Shown in pieces: positions 1-10,796 of a DNA stretch of 64,000 nt (positions are counted from its first letter, which is position 1; each line of letters starts with the position of its first letter). A program made the position numbers and the translations under genes. The notes under the pieces are model-generated. The model worked only from the letters and a program-made list of their open reading frames with translations, was not told the DNA's origin and searched no databases. This stretch comes from Actinomycetota bacterium (GTDB taxonomy: Bacteria > Actinomycetota > Actinomycetes > Actinomycetales > Microbacteriaceae), in contig JBDLQA010000020.1 of NCBI GenBank assembly GCA_039800845.1, positions 66 through 64,065 of the forward strand, read 5' to 3'.

Positions 1-18
1 AACTTCTGAGCTGAGTGC

Positions 19-1638
19 CTAGGCGAGCGCGGCGAAGATGCCGGCAACATCGTTGGCTACATCCGACACAGTGAGGGTTAGCACTGGACGAGGTAGGTCG
101 CCCAGGACCTTGCCGTCACCGGCAGCCTGCGATGCAATCAGCTCGCCGAAGGTGAACTCGCGTCCCGGTACTGCTAGGTCGGCTTCGCCCTTGGCCAAGA
201 TCTGCAGGAACACGCCCTGACGAGGACCACCCTTGTGGTACTGGCCAGTGGAGTGAAGGAAGCGTGGACCCCAACCGAAGGTGGTAGGGCGCTGAGTGCG
301 CTTTGCTACTGCTTCGCGGAGGTCGTAGGCTCCAGGAATCGAGGTGCGGTCCAGGTAAGCCTGTACCGAGACGTAGCCATCTTCCTGGCTCAGCGAAGCG
401 AAGAGTGCGTCAAGCGCTCCCTTTACGGTGCTGACACCAGCGAGGTCCAGGTTGTAGGCGCGAACCTCAACACCGTTGTCGGTGAAGACCGGCGCGGTTG
501 CTGCTGCACGCTCATTGAGCATGGCGCGAGCCGCTACCTTTGCACTCTCTACGTCTGGCTGGTCGAATGGGTTCAGTTCGAGAAGGCGGGATGCAACTAC
601 TGTCGCGAACTCCCAGACCAGGAACTGGGCACCGAGCGGGCCGCTGATGGCGACTTCGTCGCCCTTGGCTGCGGTTGCGTCTGCAACTACGCGAACCACG
701 AGTAGGTCGTTGACGGTGTTCTCGGACTCGAAGCTGTTTGGCTCCAAAACAACAGGCAGCACACCCTTGCCGATCTTGCCGGTGCTCTCGGCGATGAGCT
801 GCTCAGCCCAGTCACCGAAGCCAACAATCTCGGTTCCGGCAGCGATTACGCCAACCTTGTCGCGCCAATTGCGGTCGGCGGTTGCGCCTGCCACAAGTGC
901 GGTGCGGGCCATTGCTGCACCAAGGATAAGGCCAGGGTTCTGCTCACTGTCGCTTGCCAAGATTTCGGCCACAGACTGGGCCTGGTCCAGCAAGCCAGCG
1001 ATGTCGGCGCCAGCGAGGCCAGAAGGCACCAAACCGAATGCGGTTAGCGCACTGTAACGGCCACCAACGGTTGGGTCGGCGTTGAAGATGCGGTAGCCAT
1101 CAGCCTTGGCTGCGGCTTCCATAGGGGATCCCGGGTCGGTCACAATCACGATGCGCTCAGCCACCGGAAGTCCGGCATCGGCAAAAGCCTTCTCGAAGGT
1201 ACGCTTCTGCGAATCGGTCTCCACGGTGGAACCCGACTTGCTGGAAACGACTACCGCGGTGCGAGCGAGGTCGCCCGATAGCGCGTCGTTGATCTGGTCT
1301 GGGTCGGTGCTGTCAAGCACAACAAGCTCAACACCAGCGGTGCTGGTGATAACTTCTGGAGCCAGCGACGAACCACCCATTCCGCAGAGAACGAAACGGT
1401 CTACGCCCTGCTTTGCGAACTCATCGCGTATAGCGAGGATTGGCGCGACCAGCGCGGCACTGTCGAATGCGCTGGTAACCCAGCCCAGACGAATGCTCGA
1501 TTCTGCTTCGGCATCCTTACCCCACAGTGTGAAGTCCTTGGCTGCGATGCGGCTAGCTACCTTGTCGGCAACCAGGACAGGCACGTATTCAGCGGCTGCA
1601 GCAGCAGCTGCACCCGAAACTGCGATCTTCAGGCTCAT
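19..1638 (-). CDS. pgi: Glucose-6-phosphate isomerase (actinobacterial SIS-domain type)
   Basis: GMGGSSL, SSKSGST, VGGRYSAL, PFDQPDVE and HSTGQYHKGGP motifs; downstream of tkt-tal. Confidence 0.9.
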   Translation of the reverse strand: MSLKIAVSGAAAAAAAEYVPVLVADKVASRIAAKDFTLWGKDAEAESSIRLGWVTSAFDSAALVAPILAIRDEFAKQGVDRFVLCGMGGSSLAPEVITSTAGVELVVLDSTDPDQINDALSGDLARTAVVVSSKSGSTVETDSQKRTFEKAFADAGLPVAERIVIVTDPGSPMEAAAKADGYRIFNADPTVGGRYSALTAFGLVPSGLAGADIAGLLDQAQSVAEILASDSEQNPGLILGAAMARTALVAGATADRNWRDKVGVIAAGTEIVGFGDWAEQLIAESTGKIGKGVLPVVLEPNSFESENTVNDLLVVRVVADATAAKGDEVAISGPLGAQFLVWEFATVVASRLLELNPFDQPDVESAKVAARAMLNERAAATAPVFTDNGVEVRAYNLDLAGVSTVKGALDALFASLSQEDGYVSVQAYLDRTSIPGAYDLREAVAKRTQRPTTFGWGPRFLHSTGQYHKGGPRQGVFLQILAKGEADLAVPGREFTFGELIASQAAGDGKVLGDLPRPVLTLTVSDVANDVAGIFAALA

Positions 1639-1640
1639 GG

Positions 1641-2750
1641 TTACTTTGCTGCTTCCAGAGCTGCTGCAACCGACTCAACCAGTTCGTTCCACGAAACAAC
1701 GAACTTGTCGACGCCTTCGGTCTCCAGCAGTGCGGTCACGTCATCGTAGGAAACGCCGGCTGCAGCAACTGCATCCAGGATTGCCTTCGAGTCAGCGTAG
1801 TGAGCGGTGATGCTGTTAGATGGAACGATTCCGTGGTCGTAAACGGCTTCCATGGTCTTCTCAGGCATGGTGTTAACCAGTGCCGGAGCTACCAGCTCGG
1901 TGACGTAAAGGGTGTCGCTGAGCGCTGGGTCCTTCACACCGGTGGATGCCATCAGAGGGCGCTGCTTGTTGGCGCCTGCGGCCTCGAGCGCTGCCCACTC
2001 ATCGGTGGCGAAGTCCTGCTCGAACACCTGGTAAGCCAGGCGAGCGTTTGCCAGAGCAGCCTTGCTCTTCAGAGCCAAAGCCTCAGGGGTGCCAACAGCA
2101 ACTAGGCGCTTGTCGATCTCTAGATCAACGCGCGAAACGAAGAACGAAGCAACCGAGTGGATCTTGCTGATGTCGTGACCAGCAGCCTTAGCCAGCTTCA
2201 CACCTTCGATGTAGGCGGCGATGACTTCCTGGTAGCGCTGTAGCGAGAAGATGAGGGTTACGTTGACGCTGATGCCCTCTGCGATCACCTGGGTGATGGC
2301 GCCGAGGCCAGCCTTGGTTGCAGGAATCTTGATCATTACGTTTTCGCGGTTCACCTTTGCGAAGAGCTCCTTGGCCTGCTTCACGGTGTTCACGGTGTCG
2401 TGTGCCAGACCTGGCTCTACCTCGATGGAGACACGGCCGTCAAAGCCATTCGACTCCTCGTAAACGCCAGCGAAGATGTCGCAGGCTTCAGCAACGTCAA
2501 GAGTGGTGATCTCGAAGATCGCCTTTGCGGCGTCTGCACCAGCAGCCGCAAGCTCGCGTACCTGGTCGCCGTAGCCTTCACCCTTACCGATGGAAGCCGC
2601 GAAGATGCTCGGGTTGGTGGTTACACCGCTAACCGAACGGTTGGTGATGAGGTTACGCAGTGCGCCCGAACGGATTCGGGTGCGCGATAGGTCGTCCAGC
2701 CAAATGCTGACACCGTTTGCTGCCAGCTGTGCGAGTGGGGAGTTGGTCAT
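1641..2750 (-). CDS. tal: Transaldolase
   Basis: [25 protein letters not shown] (catalytic Lys), ASFFVSRVD. Confidence 0.97.
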   Translation of the reverse strand: MTNSPLAQLAANGVSIWLDDLSRTRIRSGALRNLITNRSVSGVTTNPSIFAASIGKGEGYGDQVRELAAAGADAAKAIFEITTLDVAEACDIFAGVYEESNGFDGRVSIEVEPGLAHDTVNTVKQAKELFAKVNRENVMIKIPATKAGLGAITQVIAEGISVNVTLIFSLQRYQEVIAAYIEGVKLAKAAGHDISKIHSVASFFVSRVDLEIDKRLVAVGTPEALALKSKAALANARLAYQVFEQDFATDEWAALEAAGANKQRPLMASTGVKDPALSDTLYVTELVAPALVNTMPEKTMEAVYDHGIVPSNSITAHYADSKAILDAVAAAGVSYDDVTALLETEGVDKFVVSWNELVESVAAALEAAK

Positions 2751-2817
2751 TTTGACTCTTTTCCTGTTCTAAATCTGTCTTGTATCGAAAACTTTGTGGT
2801 GGCTAGGCCCTTTAGGT

Positions 2818-2846
2818 CCGAGGCCCGCAGGGTAGCGGGACCTCGG
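2818..2846. other. GC-rich intergenic hairpin between tkt and tal
   Basis: CCGAGG-CCCGC-AGGGTA-GCGGG-A-CCTCGG inverted repeat with no U-tract; possibly an mRNA stability or processing element. Confidence 0.45.
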
Positions 2847-2868
2847 CGCACTGTAAAAAGGGGGAGGA

Positions 2869-4956
2869 CTAGGCGTTCTTGGCGTCTAGAGCGGCTGCAA
2901 CAACGGCTTCGGCGGTCATGCCGAACTCGCGGTACAGAGTCTTTGCGTCTGCCGATGCACCAAAGTGCTCGATCGAAACGCTCTTACCGAATGGGCCAAC
3001 GTACTTGTTCCAGCCAAGGCTCAGGCCGGCTTCAACCGAAACCTTTGCCTTCACAGCTGCAGGTAGAACCTGCTCGCGGTAGGCGGCTGGCTGCTCATCG
3101 AACCACTCCAGGCAAGGAGCCGAGACAACGCGAGTTGCGACGCCCTGTGCTTCAAGCTGCTGGCGAGCCGCGACAGCGATCTCTACCTCGGAACCGGTGG
3201 CAACCAGGATTACCTCAGGCTTGCCGTTCGTTGCCTCCAGCAGGGTGTAGGCACCCTTGGCTGTGTTCTCCGCACCAGCGAAGACAGCGCCGGTGGCGTC
3301 CGCTTCACCGCGGGCGTAGACCGGCAGGTTCTGACGGCTTAGAGCCAGACCAGCTGGACCCTGACGACGCTCCAGAACGGTCTTCCATGCGTACGAAGTC
3401 TCGTTTGCATCCGCTGGGCGAACGATGTCCAGGTTCGGAATCGCGCGCAGGGTAGACAGCTGCTCGATGGGCTGGTGGGTAGGGCCGTCTTCGCCCAGAG
3501 CCACGGAGTCGTGGGTCCAAACGAAGATGGACGGGATGCCCATCAGTGCAGCCAAGCGGACTGCTGGACGCATGTAGTCACTAAAGATAAGGAAGGTGCC
3601 GCCGAATGCGCGGGTGTTTCCGTGGAGGACGATTCCGTTCAGGATCGATCCCATTGCGTGCTCGCGAATACCGAAGTGCAGGACGCGACCGTATGGGTCG
3701 CCGGTCCACTCGTGGGTGGACCACTCGGCAGGAACGAACGACTTCGCACCGCTGATGGTGGTCATGTTGGAGTCTGCGAGGTCGGCCGAGCCACCCCAGA
3801 GTTCCGGCATAACCGCAGCGATGGCGTTGATTACCTTGCCCGAAGCAACACGAGTCGAGATGCTGGTGCCGCCCTCGAATACCGGCAGAGCTGCCTCCAG
3901 ACCCTCTGGGGTCTCACCTGCGACTACGCGCTCCAGCAACGCCTTCTTGTCGGCGTTCTCGGATGCCCACGCGTCGAACGAGGTCTCCCAGGCAGCGCGC
4001 TCGCGGTCGAAGCGCTCGGTGTTGCGAGTGTGGGCCAAAACCTCTGGTGCCACCTGGAAGGTCTGCTCTGGGTCGAAGCCCAAAACAGTCTTCAGACCGG
4101 CAAGTTCCTCTGCGCCAAGTGCCGAACCGTGGATCTTGCCCGAGTTCTGCTTCTTTGGCGAAGGCCAGCCGATGATGGTGCGAAGGGTGATGAGCGATGG
4201 CTTGTCGGTGACAGCCTTTGCCTTTTCGATAGCGCTGTAGAGCTCCTCGAGGTCTTCAACGTAGTTACCGGTCTTCTTCCAGTCGACAACCTGGGTGTGC
4301 CAACCGTAGGACTCGTAGCGCTTGCTGAGGTCCTCGGTGAAAGCGATGTTGGTGTCGTCTTCGATGGAAATCTGGTTGGAGTCGTAAATGACAACCAGGT
4401 TGCCGAGCTTCTGGTGACCCGCCAGCGATGCCGCTTCCGCGGTTACGCCTTCCTGCATGTCGCCGTCGCCAGCGATTACGTAGACGAAGTGGTCGAATGG
4501 GCTAGTACCCGCTGGTGCAGCTGGGTCGAACAGACCGCGCTCGAAGCGCGCTGCGTAAGCAAAACCGGTGGCCGATGCCAAACCCTGCCCCAGAGGACCG
4601 GTAGTAATTTCAACACCCTTGGTGTGGCCGTACTCAGGGTGACCAGGCGTTGCCGAACCCCAGGTGCGCAGAGCCTTGAGGTCGTCTAGCTCCAAGCCGT
4701 AGCCGTGGAGGAACAGCTGGTTGTAGATGGTGAGCGACGAGTGACCGACAGAAAGAATGAAGCGGTCGCGGCCCAGCCAGCGATCTTCGCGTGGGTCGTG
4801 GCGCATTACCTTGTTGAACAAAAGGTAAGCAACTGGCGCCAGGCTAATGGCAGTTCCAGGGTGGCCGTTACCGACCTTTTCTACTGCATCCGCGGCAAGC
4901 ACACGTGCGGTGTCTACAGCCTTAGAGTCGAGTTCGGTCCAGTGGAATGCTGACAA
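2869..4956 (-). CDS. tkt: Transketolase
   Basis: GHPGTA, TTGPLGQG, GDGD TPP motif, THDSVALGEDGPTHQP; start moved to TTG at 4956 behind a GAAGGAG RBS. Confidence 0.97.
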   Translation of the reverse strand: MSAFHWTELDSKAVDTARVLAADAVEKVGNGHPGTAISLAPVAYLLFNKVMRHDPREDRWLGRDRFILSVGHSSLTIYNQLFLHGYGLELDDLKALRTWGSATPGHPEYGHTKGVEITTGPLGQGLASATGFAYAARFERGLFDPAAPAGTSPFDHFVYVIAGDGDMQEGVTAEAASLAGHQKLGNLVVIYDSNQISIEDDTNIAFTEDLSKRYESYGWHTQVVDWKKTGNYVEDLEELYSAIEKAKAVTDKPSLITLRTIIGWPSPKKQNSGKIHGSALGAEELAGLKTVLGFDPEQTFQVAPEVLAHTRNTERFDRERAAWETSFDAWASENADKKALLERVVAGETPEGLEAALPVFEGGTSISTRVASGKVINAIAAVMPELWGGSADLADSNMTTISGAKSFVPAEWSTHEWTGDPYGRVLHFGIREHAMGSILNGIVLHGNTRAFGGTFLIFSDYMRPAVRLAALMGIPSIFVWTHDSVALGEDGPTHQPIEQLSTLRAIPNLDIVRPADANETSYAWKTVLERRQGPAGLALSRQNLPVYARGEADATGAVFAGAENTAKGAYTLLEATNGKPEVILVATGSEVEIAVAARQQLEAQGVATRVVSAPCLEWFDEQPAAYREQVLPAAVKAKVSVEAGLSLGWNKYVGPFGKSVSIEHFGASADAKTLYREFGMTAEAVVAAALDAKNA

Positions 4957-5248
4957 GACAGCTCCTTCTTTATTTGCGGGTAAATGAACTAAAGTTTGCG
5001 GATGTCCATTACGAGGCGCCGTTGCCAATGGTTGAGGGTCTCCCAGCCCAACGCAAAGCCGATTTTGGCTAGAGAAAACTCCCTAAAAGTCTATACCCGT
5101 TGCACCCCGGATAGCCCGATAATTCCTTGATTTGTCGCGTGTTTATGACAATAAATGGAGATAAGTAAAGCAGGGCTTTACTTATTCCCTGAAGTTGAAT
5201 ATTTTTCCAACTTCTTTCCCAGCCGATTAGTCGCTTACAATTGGACAA

Positions 5249-6190
5249 ATGTCGAAAAGCCAACCTTCTGCAAGCGCGCCTGGTCCAGGTGCCCCGGTTT
5301 CGGCTACTGCTCTCAGCAAAATCAAGGCGTACATCGCCCTCACTAAGCCCCGCGTAATCGAGCTTTTGCTGATTACCACCGTGCCAACGATGATCTTGGC
5401 TCAGCGCGGAATGCCTAGCCTGCTTCTCATCCTGAACACCCTCATCGGTGGCGCACTCAGTGCGGGAAGTGCCAACGCTTTCAACTGCTACATCGATTCC
5501 GATATCGACAAACTAATGGGACGCACCAAGGGTCGCCCGCTGGTTACCGGCGAACTCACCAATCGTCAGGCCTTCATCTTCGCGTGGACCATCGGTCTGC
5601 TGTCCTTCGCGTGGCTCGGCCTCACCACAAACTGGTTAGCGGCTTGGCTATCGGTGGCGGCCATTCTGTTCTATGTCTTCATCTACACGCTGTTGCTGAA
5701 GCGCCGCACCCCGCAAAACATCGTTTGGGGCGGGGCTGCGGGTTCCATGCCTGTACTCATCGGTTGGGCAGCGGTCACCAACAACCTGTCCATCGCACCG
5801 TGGGTACTGTTCCTGGTGATCTTCCTTTGGACTCCACCGCACTACTGGCCGCTATCGATGCGCTACCGCGAAGACTACGCAACCGCAGGCGTCCCTATGC
5901 TGCCGGTGGTCCGCGGCGACCGCACTGTCGCCATCCAGATCATTCTTTATTCGTGGGCTCTGTTCATCAGCACGCTCATCCTGATTCCGGCCGGCAACAT
6001 GGGCTGGATCTACACCGCGGTTTCGGTGCTGGCCGGTGGCTGGTTCATGTTTGAGTCTTACGTGCTTTACCGCCAGGGAATCACCGGCAATGTAAAGAAC
6101 CCGATGCGCCTATTCCACGGCAGCATCAGCTACTTGACTGTGCTATTTATCGCGGTTGCTATCGACCCGCTGATTCATCTGCCCCTATAG
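5249..6190 (+). CDS. ctaB: Protoheme IX farnesyltransferase (heme o synthase)
   Basis: [36 protein letters not shown]; multi-TM; TACAAT 7 nt upstream of ATG (leaderless). Confidence 0.95.
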   Translation: MSKSQPSASAPGPGAPVSATALSKIKAYIALTKPRVIELLLITTVPTMILAQRGMPSLLLILNTLIGGALSAGSANAFNCYIDSDIDKLMGRTKGRPLVTGELTNRQAFIFAWTIGLLSFAWLGLTTNWLAAWLSVAAILFYVFIYTLLLKRRTPQNIVWGGAAGSMPVLIGWAAVTNNLSIAPWVLFLVIFLWTPPHYWPLSMRYREDYATAGVPMLPVVRGDRTVAIQIILYSWALFISTLILIPAGNMGWIYTAVSVLAGGWFMFESYVLYRQGITGNVKNPMRLFHGSISYLTVLFIAVAIDPLIHLPL

Positions 6191-6230
6191 AGCCTCGCGG
6201 GCGCTTTAGAGCCTGGCGGGCACTTTAGAG
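6188..6230. repeat. 19-bp imperfect tandem duplication at the convergent ctaB/lysE junction
   Basis: TAGAGCCTCGCGGGCGCTT / TAGAGCCTGGCGGGCACTT / TAGAG. Confidence 0.7.
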
Positions 6231-6830
6231 TTTGGCGAAGGCGAGTACGCCGGCCAACCCAAACATCACCAGTGCGATGATGGTGTCCAGCACCTTCCAG
6301 AACATCGGCTTTGAAAGCGCCTTGCTGGCTGCCTTCGCACCGAATCCAACACCCGCGAACCAAATCCAAGACGCGGTAGCCGCCCCGAGAACAAACCACC
6401 AGCGATTGACACCGAACTGGTTACCGATTGACCCGAGGAAAACCACCGTGTCCAGGTAGACATGCGGGTTTAGCCAGGTCAGCATCAGGGCTGTAACCGC
6501 GGCTTTTTGCATACTTAGGCGCGAAACCGAGCCGTCCGCCTGCAGATTTTCACTCTTCAAAACTGACATCGCCGTCCGCACGCCGAACCAGGTTAGATAC
6601 GCCACGCCACCCCAGCGCATCACGGCTAATAGCCAGGGGAGAGCCGTGACAATCGCTCCCATTCCACCCACGCCAGCAGCGATCAAAACGGTGTCGCTAA
6701 TGGCGCAGATGAGCACAATCAGACCAATGTGATTGCGTGCAAGCCCCTGGCGCACCACAAAGGCATTCTGAGCACCGATTGCCACGATTAGGCCGAAACC
6801 GGTGGCGAGCCCCACCCAAATTGCATTCAC
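6225..6830 (-). CDS. LysE/ArgO family amino-acid exporter
   Basis: IVAIGAQNAFVVRQG and TWLNPHVYLDT motifs. Confidence 0.92.
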   Translation of the reverse strand: MNAIWVGLATGFGLIVAIGAQNAFVVRQGLARNHIGLIVLICAISDTVLIAAGVGGMGAIVTALPWLLAVMRWGGVAYLTWFGVRTAMSVLKSENLQADGSVSRLSMQKAAVTALMLTWLNPHVYLDTVVFLGSIGNQFGVNRWWFVLGAATASWIWFAGVGFGAKAASKALSKPMFWKVLDTIIALVMFGLAGVLAFAKL

Positions 6831-8236
6831 TAGGAGGCCTTGATTTCTTCAAGACGAGCCAAGGCTTCGTGCCTCTCAACATCGTGGTCAACGATGCGCG
6901 CCGGGTAGCCGTTGGCGTAGCCGCCGATTACCTCCCATGGGGTGTGAACATCGGGGCCATCCAGATGAGACAGCTCCGGCACATACTTGCGGACGTACGC
7001 TCCATCCGGGTCGAATTTCAAACCCTGAAGGATCGGATTAAACACTCGGTAGTAAGGGCTGGCATCTGTGCCACAACCGGCCGTCCACTGCCAGCCGTGG
7101 GCGTTGGAGGCGGGGTCAAAATCGCTCAAATTGCGCTCAAACCACTCGGCTCCGTGCTGCCATTCGATGTGCAAATCTTTCACCAAGAAGGAAGCGACAA
7201 TCATGCGGACACGGTTATGCATCCATCCGGTTTCCAATAGCTGACGCATGCCCGCGTCCACCATCGGGTAACCGGTTTTACCCTGTTGCCAAGCGGTCAG
7301 ACGCTCGTCCGCCAGCGCACCTTCGTCGTAACGCATTTTGGCGAAACGCGGTTCGTAATAGTCGGTTGTGGTGTGTGGGTTGTGCCACAGCACATCGGCA
7401 TAAAACTCACGCCAGGCGATTTCCTTGCGGAAAACTTCGTGTGCCGAAGAGTTCCCAAGCTGAGCTAGCAAGGTTCGAGGGTGAATCTCACCGAAAGCTA
7501 GGGCGTGCGAAAGGTGGCTGGTGCCGCTCAAATCGGCGCGATTTCTGTTTTCGTCGTACTGGTCTAGTGCGCGCTTCTTGAAGCGCTCCCAGGTGCGCAG
7601 TGCGAAGGCCTCACCGGCCTTCACCGCAAACGGCGAAGCCTTGGTGGGTGCTGGAATGCCTTCGTTCCCAGGCATTAGTCGCCAGTCGAGTTTCACTTCT
7701 GGCAATGCCACCGGGGCATCCCAGCCGACAGCCATCCAGCCCTTGTAAAACGGCGTATAAACCCGGTACGGAGTGCCATCCGGCTTGGCCACCGAACCCG
7801 GAGCGACAGCGTAGGGACTGCCCTCCAGAATCAAATGAATTCCTTGAGCGGCCAGAAATTTGCCCACCGATAACTGCAGCTTCTTGCCCGCGGGATCGAA
7901 GAGCCTGGTGGCGAACACGCGATTGGAGCCGGCTGCTGTAGCAGCCTTTGCAATCTGGTGACCGAATGAATCCGAACCAGGTGCCGATGAGTCAGCCGAA
8001 GTAGCGTGAAGGACATTTAGGCGGCCACCCAACGACGCATTGAGCGCTAACAAAGATTCAGTGAGCGAATGCTGACGAATACCCTCAAGGCTCGCATACT
8101 CGGCGGAATCAACTACGTAAACCGGGGTAACGCGGTGAGCTTCGCCATCGGCGCCGGCGGCACTCCGAACAGCCAGGTTCAGAGCCGAGTTGTCCTGCAG
8201 GCGCAGGTCACGGGTGAACCAGAAAACGCTGGACAC
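6830..8236 (-). CDS. phrB: Deoxyribodipyrimidine photolyase (class I CPD type)
   Basis: WFTRDLRLQDN, TGYPMVDAGMRQL, WMHNRVRMIVASFL, WQWTAGCGTDA. Confidence 0.93.
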   Translation of the reverse strand: MSSVFWFTRDLRLQDNSALNLAVRSAAGADGEAHRVTPVYVVDSAEYASLEGIRQHSLTESLLALNASLGGRLNVLHATSADSSAPGSDSFGHQIAKAATAAGSNRVFATRLFDPAGKKLQLSVGKFLAAQGIHLILEGSPYAVAPGSVAKPDGTPYRVYTPFYKGWMAVGWDAPVALPEVKLDWRLMPGNEGIPAPTKASPFAVKAGEAFALRTWERFKKRALDQYDENRNRADLSGTSHLSHALAFGEIHPRTLLAQLGNSSAHEVFRKEIAWREFYADVLWHNPHTTTDYYEPRFAKMRYDEGALADERLTAWQQGKTGYPMVDAGMRQLLETGWMHNRVRMIVASFLVKDLHIEWQHGAEWFERNLSDFDPASNAHGWQWTAGCGTDASPYYRVFNPILQGLKFDPDGAYVRKYVPELSHLDGPDVHTPWEVIGGYANGYPARIVDHDVERHEALARLEEIKAS

Positions 8237-8237
8237 G

Positions 8238-9206
8238 TTAGCTGCCCGAAACAGCTGACTTGGAGCGGCCAGCCAGGACAGTGAAAGCGATTAGGGAGAT
8301 CAGGCACGATGCCAAAAGCATGTGGATTTCCACCAGGGGAGCAGGTACACCTAGGCGCGCCTGGGCTACACCAACGATGGCTTGGACGCACACTGTTGCC
8401 ACCAGCGCGCCGGCAATTTTGGTCCCCAAAGAGCGCACTTTCGGAGTTCCCGCAGCGCGGTCGGATCGGCTGAAACTGAGCCACTGAACCACGGCCAAAG
8501 CCAGAAGAAGGTAGGCGGGGTAGCTGTGGTAGTGCTGCCAGAGCGTCAGGTCAAGGCCATTGCGGACGCTCTGCGCGTCTCCGGCGTGCGGACCGGCGCC
8601 GGTCACCAAAACACCGATAACCACGGCGATGGCTCCCACCACAGCGATGGCAGGAGAAAGCGAACGGGCCAGGCTGGGTACCGCCGAAATAGTTGGGTTG
8701 TAAACCCGCCAAACCAGGATGGTGGCAACCACGATCATGAATCCGCTCAGGATGAAGTGCGAACCAACGAACCACGGGTTCAGCTTGGACCACACGGTGA
8801 AACCACCGAGCACTGCCTGGGCTGGAATTCCAAGGAACAAAACAACTGCCTGCCAGCGCAATCCCAGAGCGCGATCAACTCCCTTTCGGAAGATCACCAA
8901 TAGCGTTGCTACTGCAATAACCAGCAGCACAAAAGTCAGCATTCTGTTGCTGAATTCGATCAATCCGTGGATTCCCTGTGCGGGAACGGTGGTGAGGTCT
9001 TTATCGGTGCACTTAGGCCAGGTTGGGCAACCAAGACCCGAAGCGGTGAGGCGCACAAGACCGCCAGTAACCACAATCAGGATCTGGGAAATCAGTGAAG
9101 CCCAGGCCCAAAACTTGAGAGTGCCAGAGCCGATTACGCGGTCCAAGAATCCATTGCTATTTGAAGGCAAAATTGTTGCCCTTTCTTGCAGGTTGCTCTT
9201 TCGCAC
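8238..9206 (-). CDS. ctaA: Heme A synthase (COX15/CtaA family)
   Basis: GGLVRLTASGLGCPTWPKC, IEFSNR, conserved His in TM segments; exact start uncertain. Confidence 0.9.
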   Translation of the reverse strand: MRKSNLQERATILPSNSNGFLDRVIGSGTLKFWAWASLISQILIVVTGGLVRLTASGLGCPTWPKCTDKDLTTVPAQGIHGLIEFSNRMLTFVLLVIAVATLLVIFRKGVDRALGLRWQAVVLFLGIPAQAVLGGFTVWSKLNPWFVGSHFILSGFMIVVATILVWRVYNPTISAVPSLARSLSPAIAVVGAIAVVIGVLVTGAGPHAGDAQSVRNGLDLTLWQHYHSYPAYLLLALAVVQWLSFSRSDRAAGTPKVRSLGTKIAGALVATVCVQAIVGVAQARLGVPAPLVEIHMLLASCLISLIAFTVLAGRSKSAVSGS

Positions 9207-9291
9207 CGGGGTGCAAAACAGGTAAAATTCATAGGTTGCCCAGGCGATGACGCCTGAAGTTTCACCACTTCCAAGTCTTACACGGCTTTAC

Positions 9292-9317
9292 GGAATGAAT
9301 ACCCACACCGAGTGGTT
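9292..9317 (+). promoter_or_regulatory. SigR/SigH-type ECF promoter of the suf operon
   Basis: GGAAT-N18-GTT exact match about 60 nt upstream of sufB. Confidence 0.6.
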
Positions 9318-9377
9318 TGAAACCATGGTCCAACCACAGTTTTCAGGTTCAAGCACATCCAATAGAGGAGGTTCTGC

Positions 9378-10796
9378 GTGTCAGATAACGTCATTGAGCG
9401 CCCGGAACTCGACAGTCTCGGCGTCTATGAGTTCGGCTGGTCCGACAAAGACGACGCCGGCACCAACGCCCGCCGCGGAATCAACGAAGAAGTCGTAGCC
9501 GACATCTCCGGCAAGAAGAGCGAGCCGGAATGGATGACCTCCCTTCGCCTGAAGGGTTACAAGTACTTCACGCAGAAGCCAATGCCAGCATGGGGATCCG
9601 ACCTCTCGGGCATCGACTTCGACAACATCAAGTACTTCGTGCGCTCCACCGAGCGCCAGGCTTCCAGCTGGGAAGACCTGCCAGACGACATCAAGAACAC
9701 CTACGAGCGCCTGGGCATCCCAGAGGCCGAGCGTAAGCGTCTGGTTGCCGGTGTTGCAGCTCAGTACGAGTCCGAGGTTGTTTACCACCAGATTCGCGAG
9801 GACCTGGAGCAGCAGGGTGTCATCTTCCTAGACACCGACACCGCTTTGAAGGAGCATCCTGAGCTTTTCCAGGAGTACTTCGGTACCGTTATTCCTGCCG
9901 GCGACAACAAGTTCGCGGCTCTGAACACCGCCGTTTGGTCTGGTGGTTCGTTCGTATACGTCCCTAAGGGCGTGCACGTAGAGATTCCACTACAGGCATA
10001 CTTCCGCATCAACACCGAGAACATGGGTCAGTTTGAGCGCACCCTGATCATCGCCGATGAGGGCAGCTACGTGCACTACATCGAGGGTTGCACCGCACCG
10101 ATCTACAACTCGGACTCCCTGCACTCGGCAGTGGTTGAGATCATCGTTAAGAAGAACGCTCGAGTTCGCTACACCACCATCCAGAACTGGTCCAACAACG
10201 TTTACAACCTGGTTACCAAGCGCGCAATCGCGCACGAAGGCGCAACCATGGAGTGGGTCGATGGCAACATCGGTTCCAAGGTGACCATGAAGTACCCGGC
10301 AATCATCCTGGCCGGCGAGCACGCTAAGGGCGAGACCCTTTCCGTTGCTTTCGCGGGTGAAGGACAGCACCAGGATGCAGGTGCCAAGATGATTCACCTG
10401 GCTCCTTACACCTCCAGCAGCATCGTCTCTAAGTCGATTGCCCGCGCAGGTGGCCGCACCAGCTACCGCGGTGAGATTCGCGTCAACCCGGGTGCACACC
10501 ACTCGGCTAACACCGTTCGTTGCGATGCCCTGCTTGTGGATTCAATCAGCCGCTCCGACACCTACCCAACCGTCGACGTTCGTGAAGACGACGTCAGCAT
10601 GGGTCACGAAGCAACTGTTTCGCGCGTGAGCGACGAACAGCTGTTCTACCTAATGTCCCGCGGCATGCCAGAGGACGAAGCAATGGCGATGATTGTGCGC
10701 GGCTTCATTGAGCCAATCGCCAAGGAGCTTCCAATGGAATACGCCTTGGAGCTCAACAAACTTATCGAAATGCAGATGGAAGGGGCCGTCGGTTAA
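9378..10796 (+). CDS. sufB: Fe-S cluster assembly protein SufB
   Basis: [23 protein letters not shown]; GGAGG RBS, GTG start. Confidence 0.97.
   Translation: MSDNVIERPELDSLGVYEFGWSDKDDAGTNARRGINEEVVADISGKKSEPEWMTSLRLKGYKYFTQKPMPAWGSDLSGIDFDNIKYFVRSTERQASSWEDLPDDIKNTYERLGIPEAERKRLVAGVAAQYESEVVYHQIREDLEQQGVIFLDTDTALKEHPELFQEYFGTVIPAGDNKFAALNTAVWSGGSFVYVPKGVHVEIPLQAYFRINTENMGQFERTLIIADEGSYVHYIEGCTAPIYNSDSLHSAVVEIIVKKNARVRYTTIQNWSNNVYNLVTKRAIAHEGATMEWVDGNIGSKVTMKYPAIILAGEHAKGETLSVAFAGEGQHQDAGAKMIHLAPYTSSSIVSKSIARAGGRTSYRGEIRVNPGAHHSANTVRCDALLVDSISRSDTYPTVDVREDDVSMGHEATVSRVSDEQLFYLMSRGMPEDEAMAMIVRGFIEPIAKELPMEYALELNKLIEMQMEGAVG

Noticed and set aside
3475-4689. 404-aa plus-strand ORF opposite tkt (likewise 12409-13158, 19703-20401, 23284-24165, 62565-63587)
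   Set aside because: Antisense shadow frames of highly biased, GC-rich core genes. They have no motifs or RBS and fully overlap confident CDSs.
5114-5153. GCCCGATAA ... TTATGACAATA resembling dif arms
   Set aside because: The arms are 20 bp apart rather than 6 and the XerD-like arm has 3 mismatches; probably chance.
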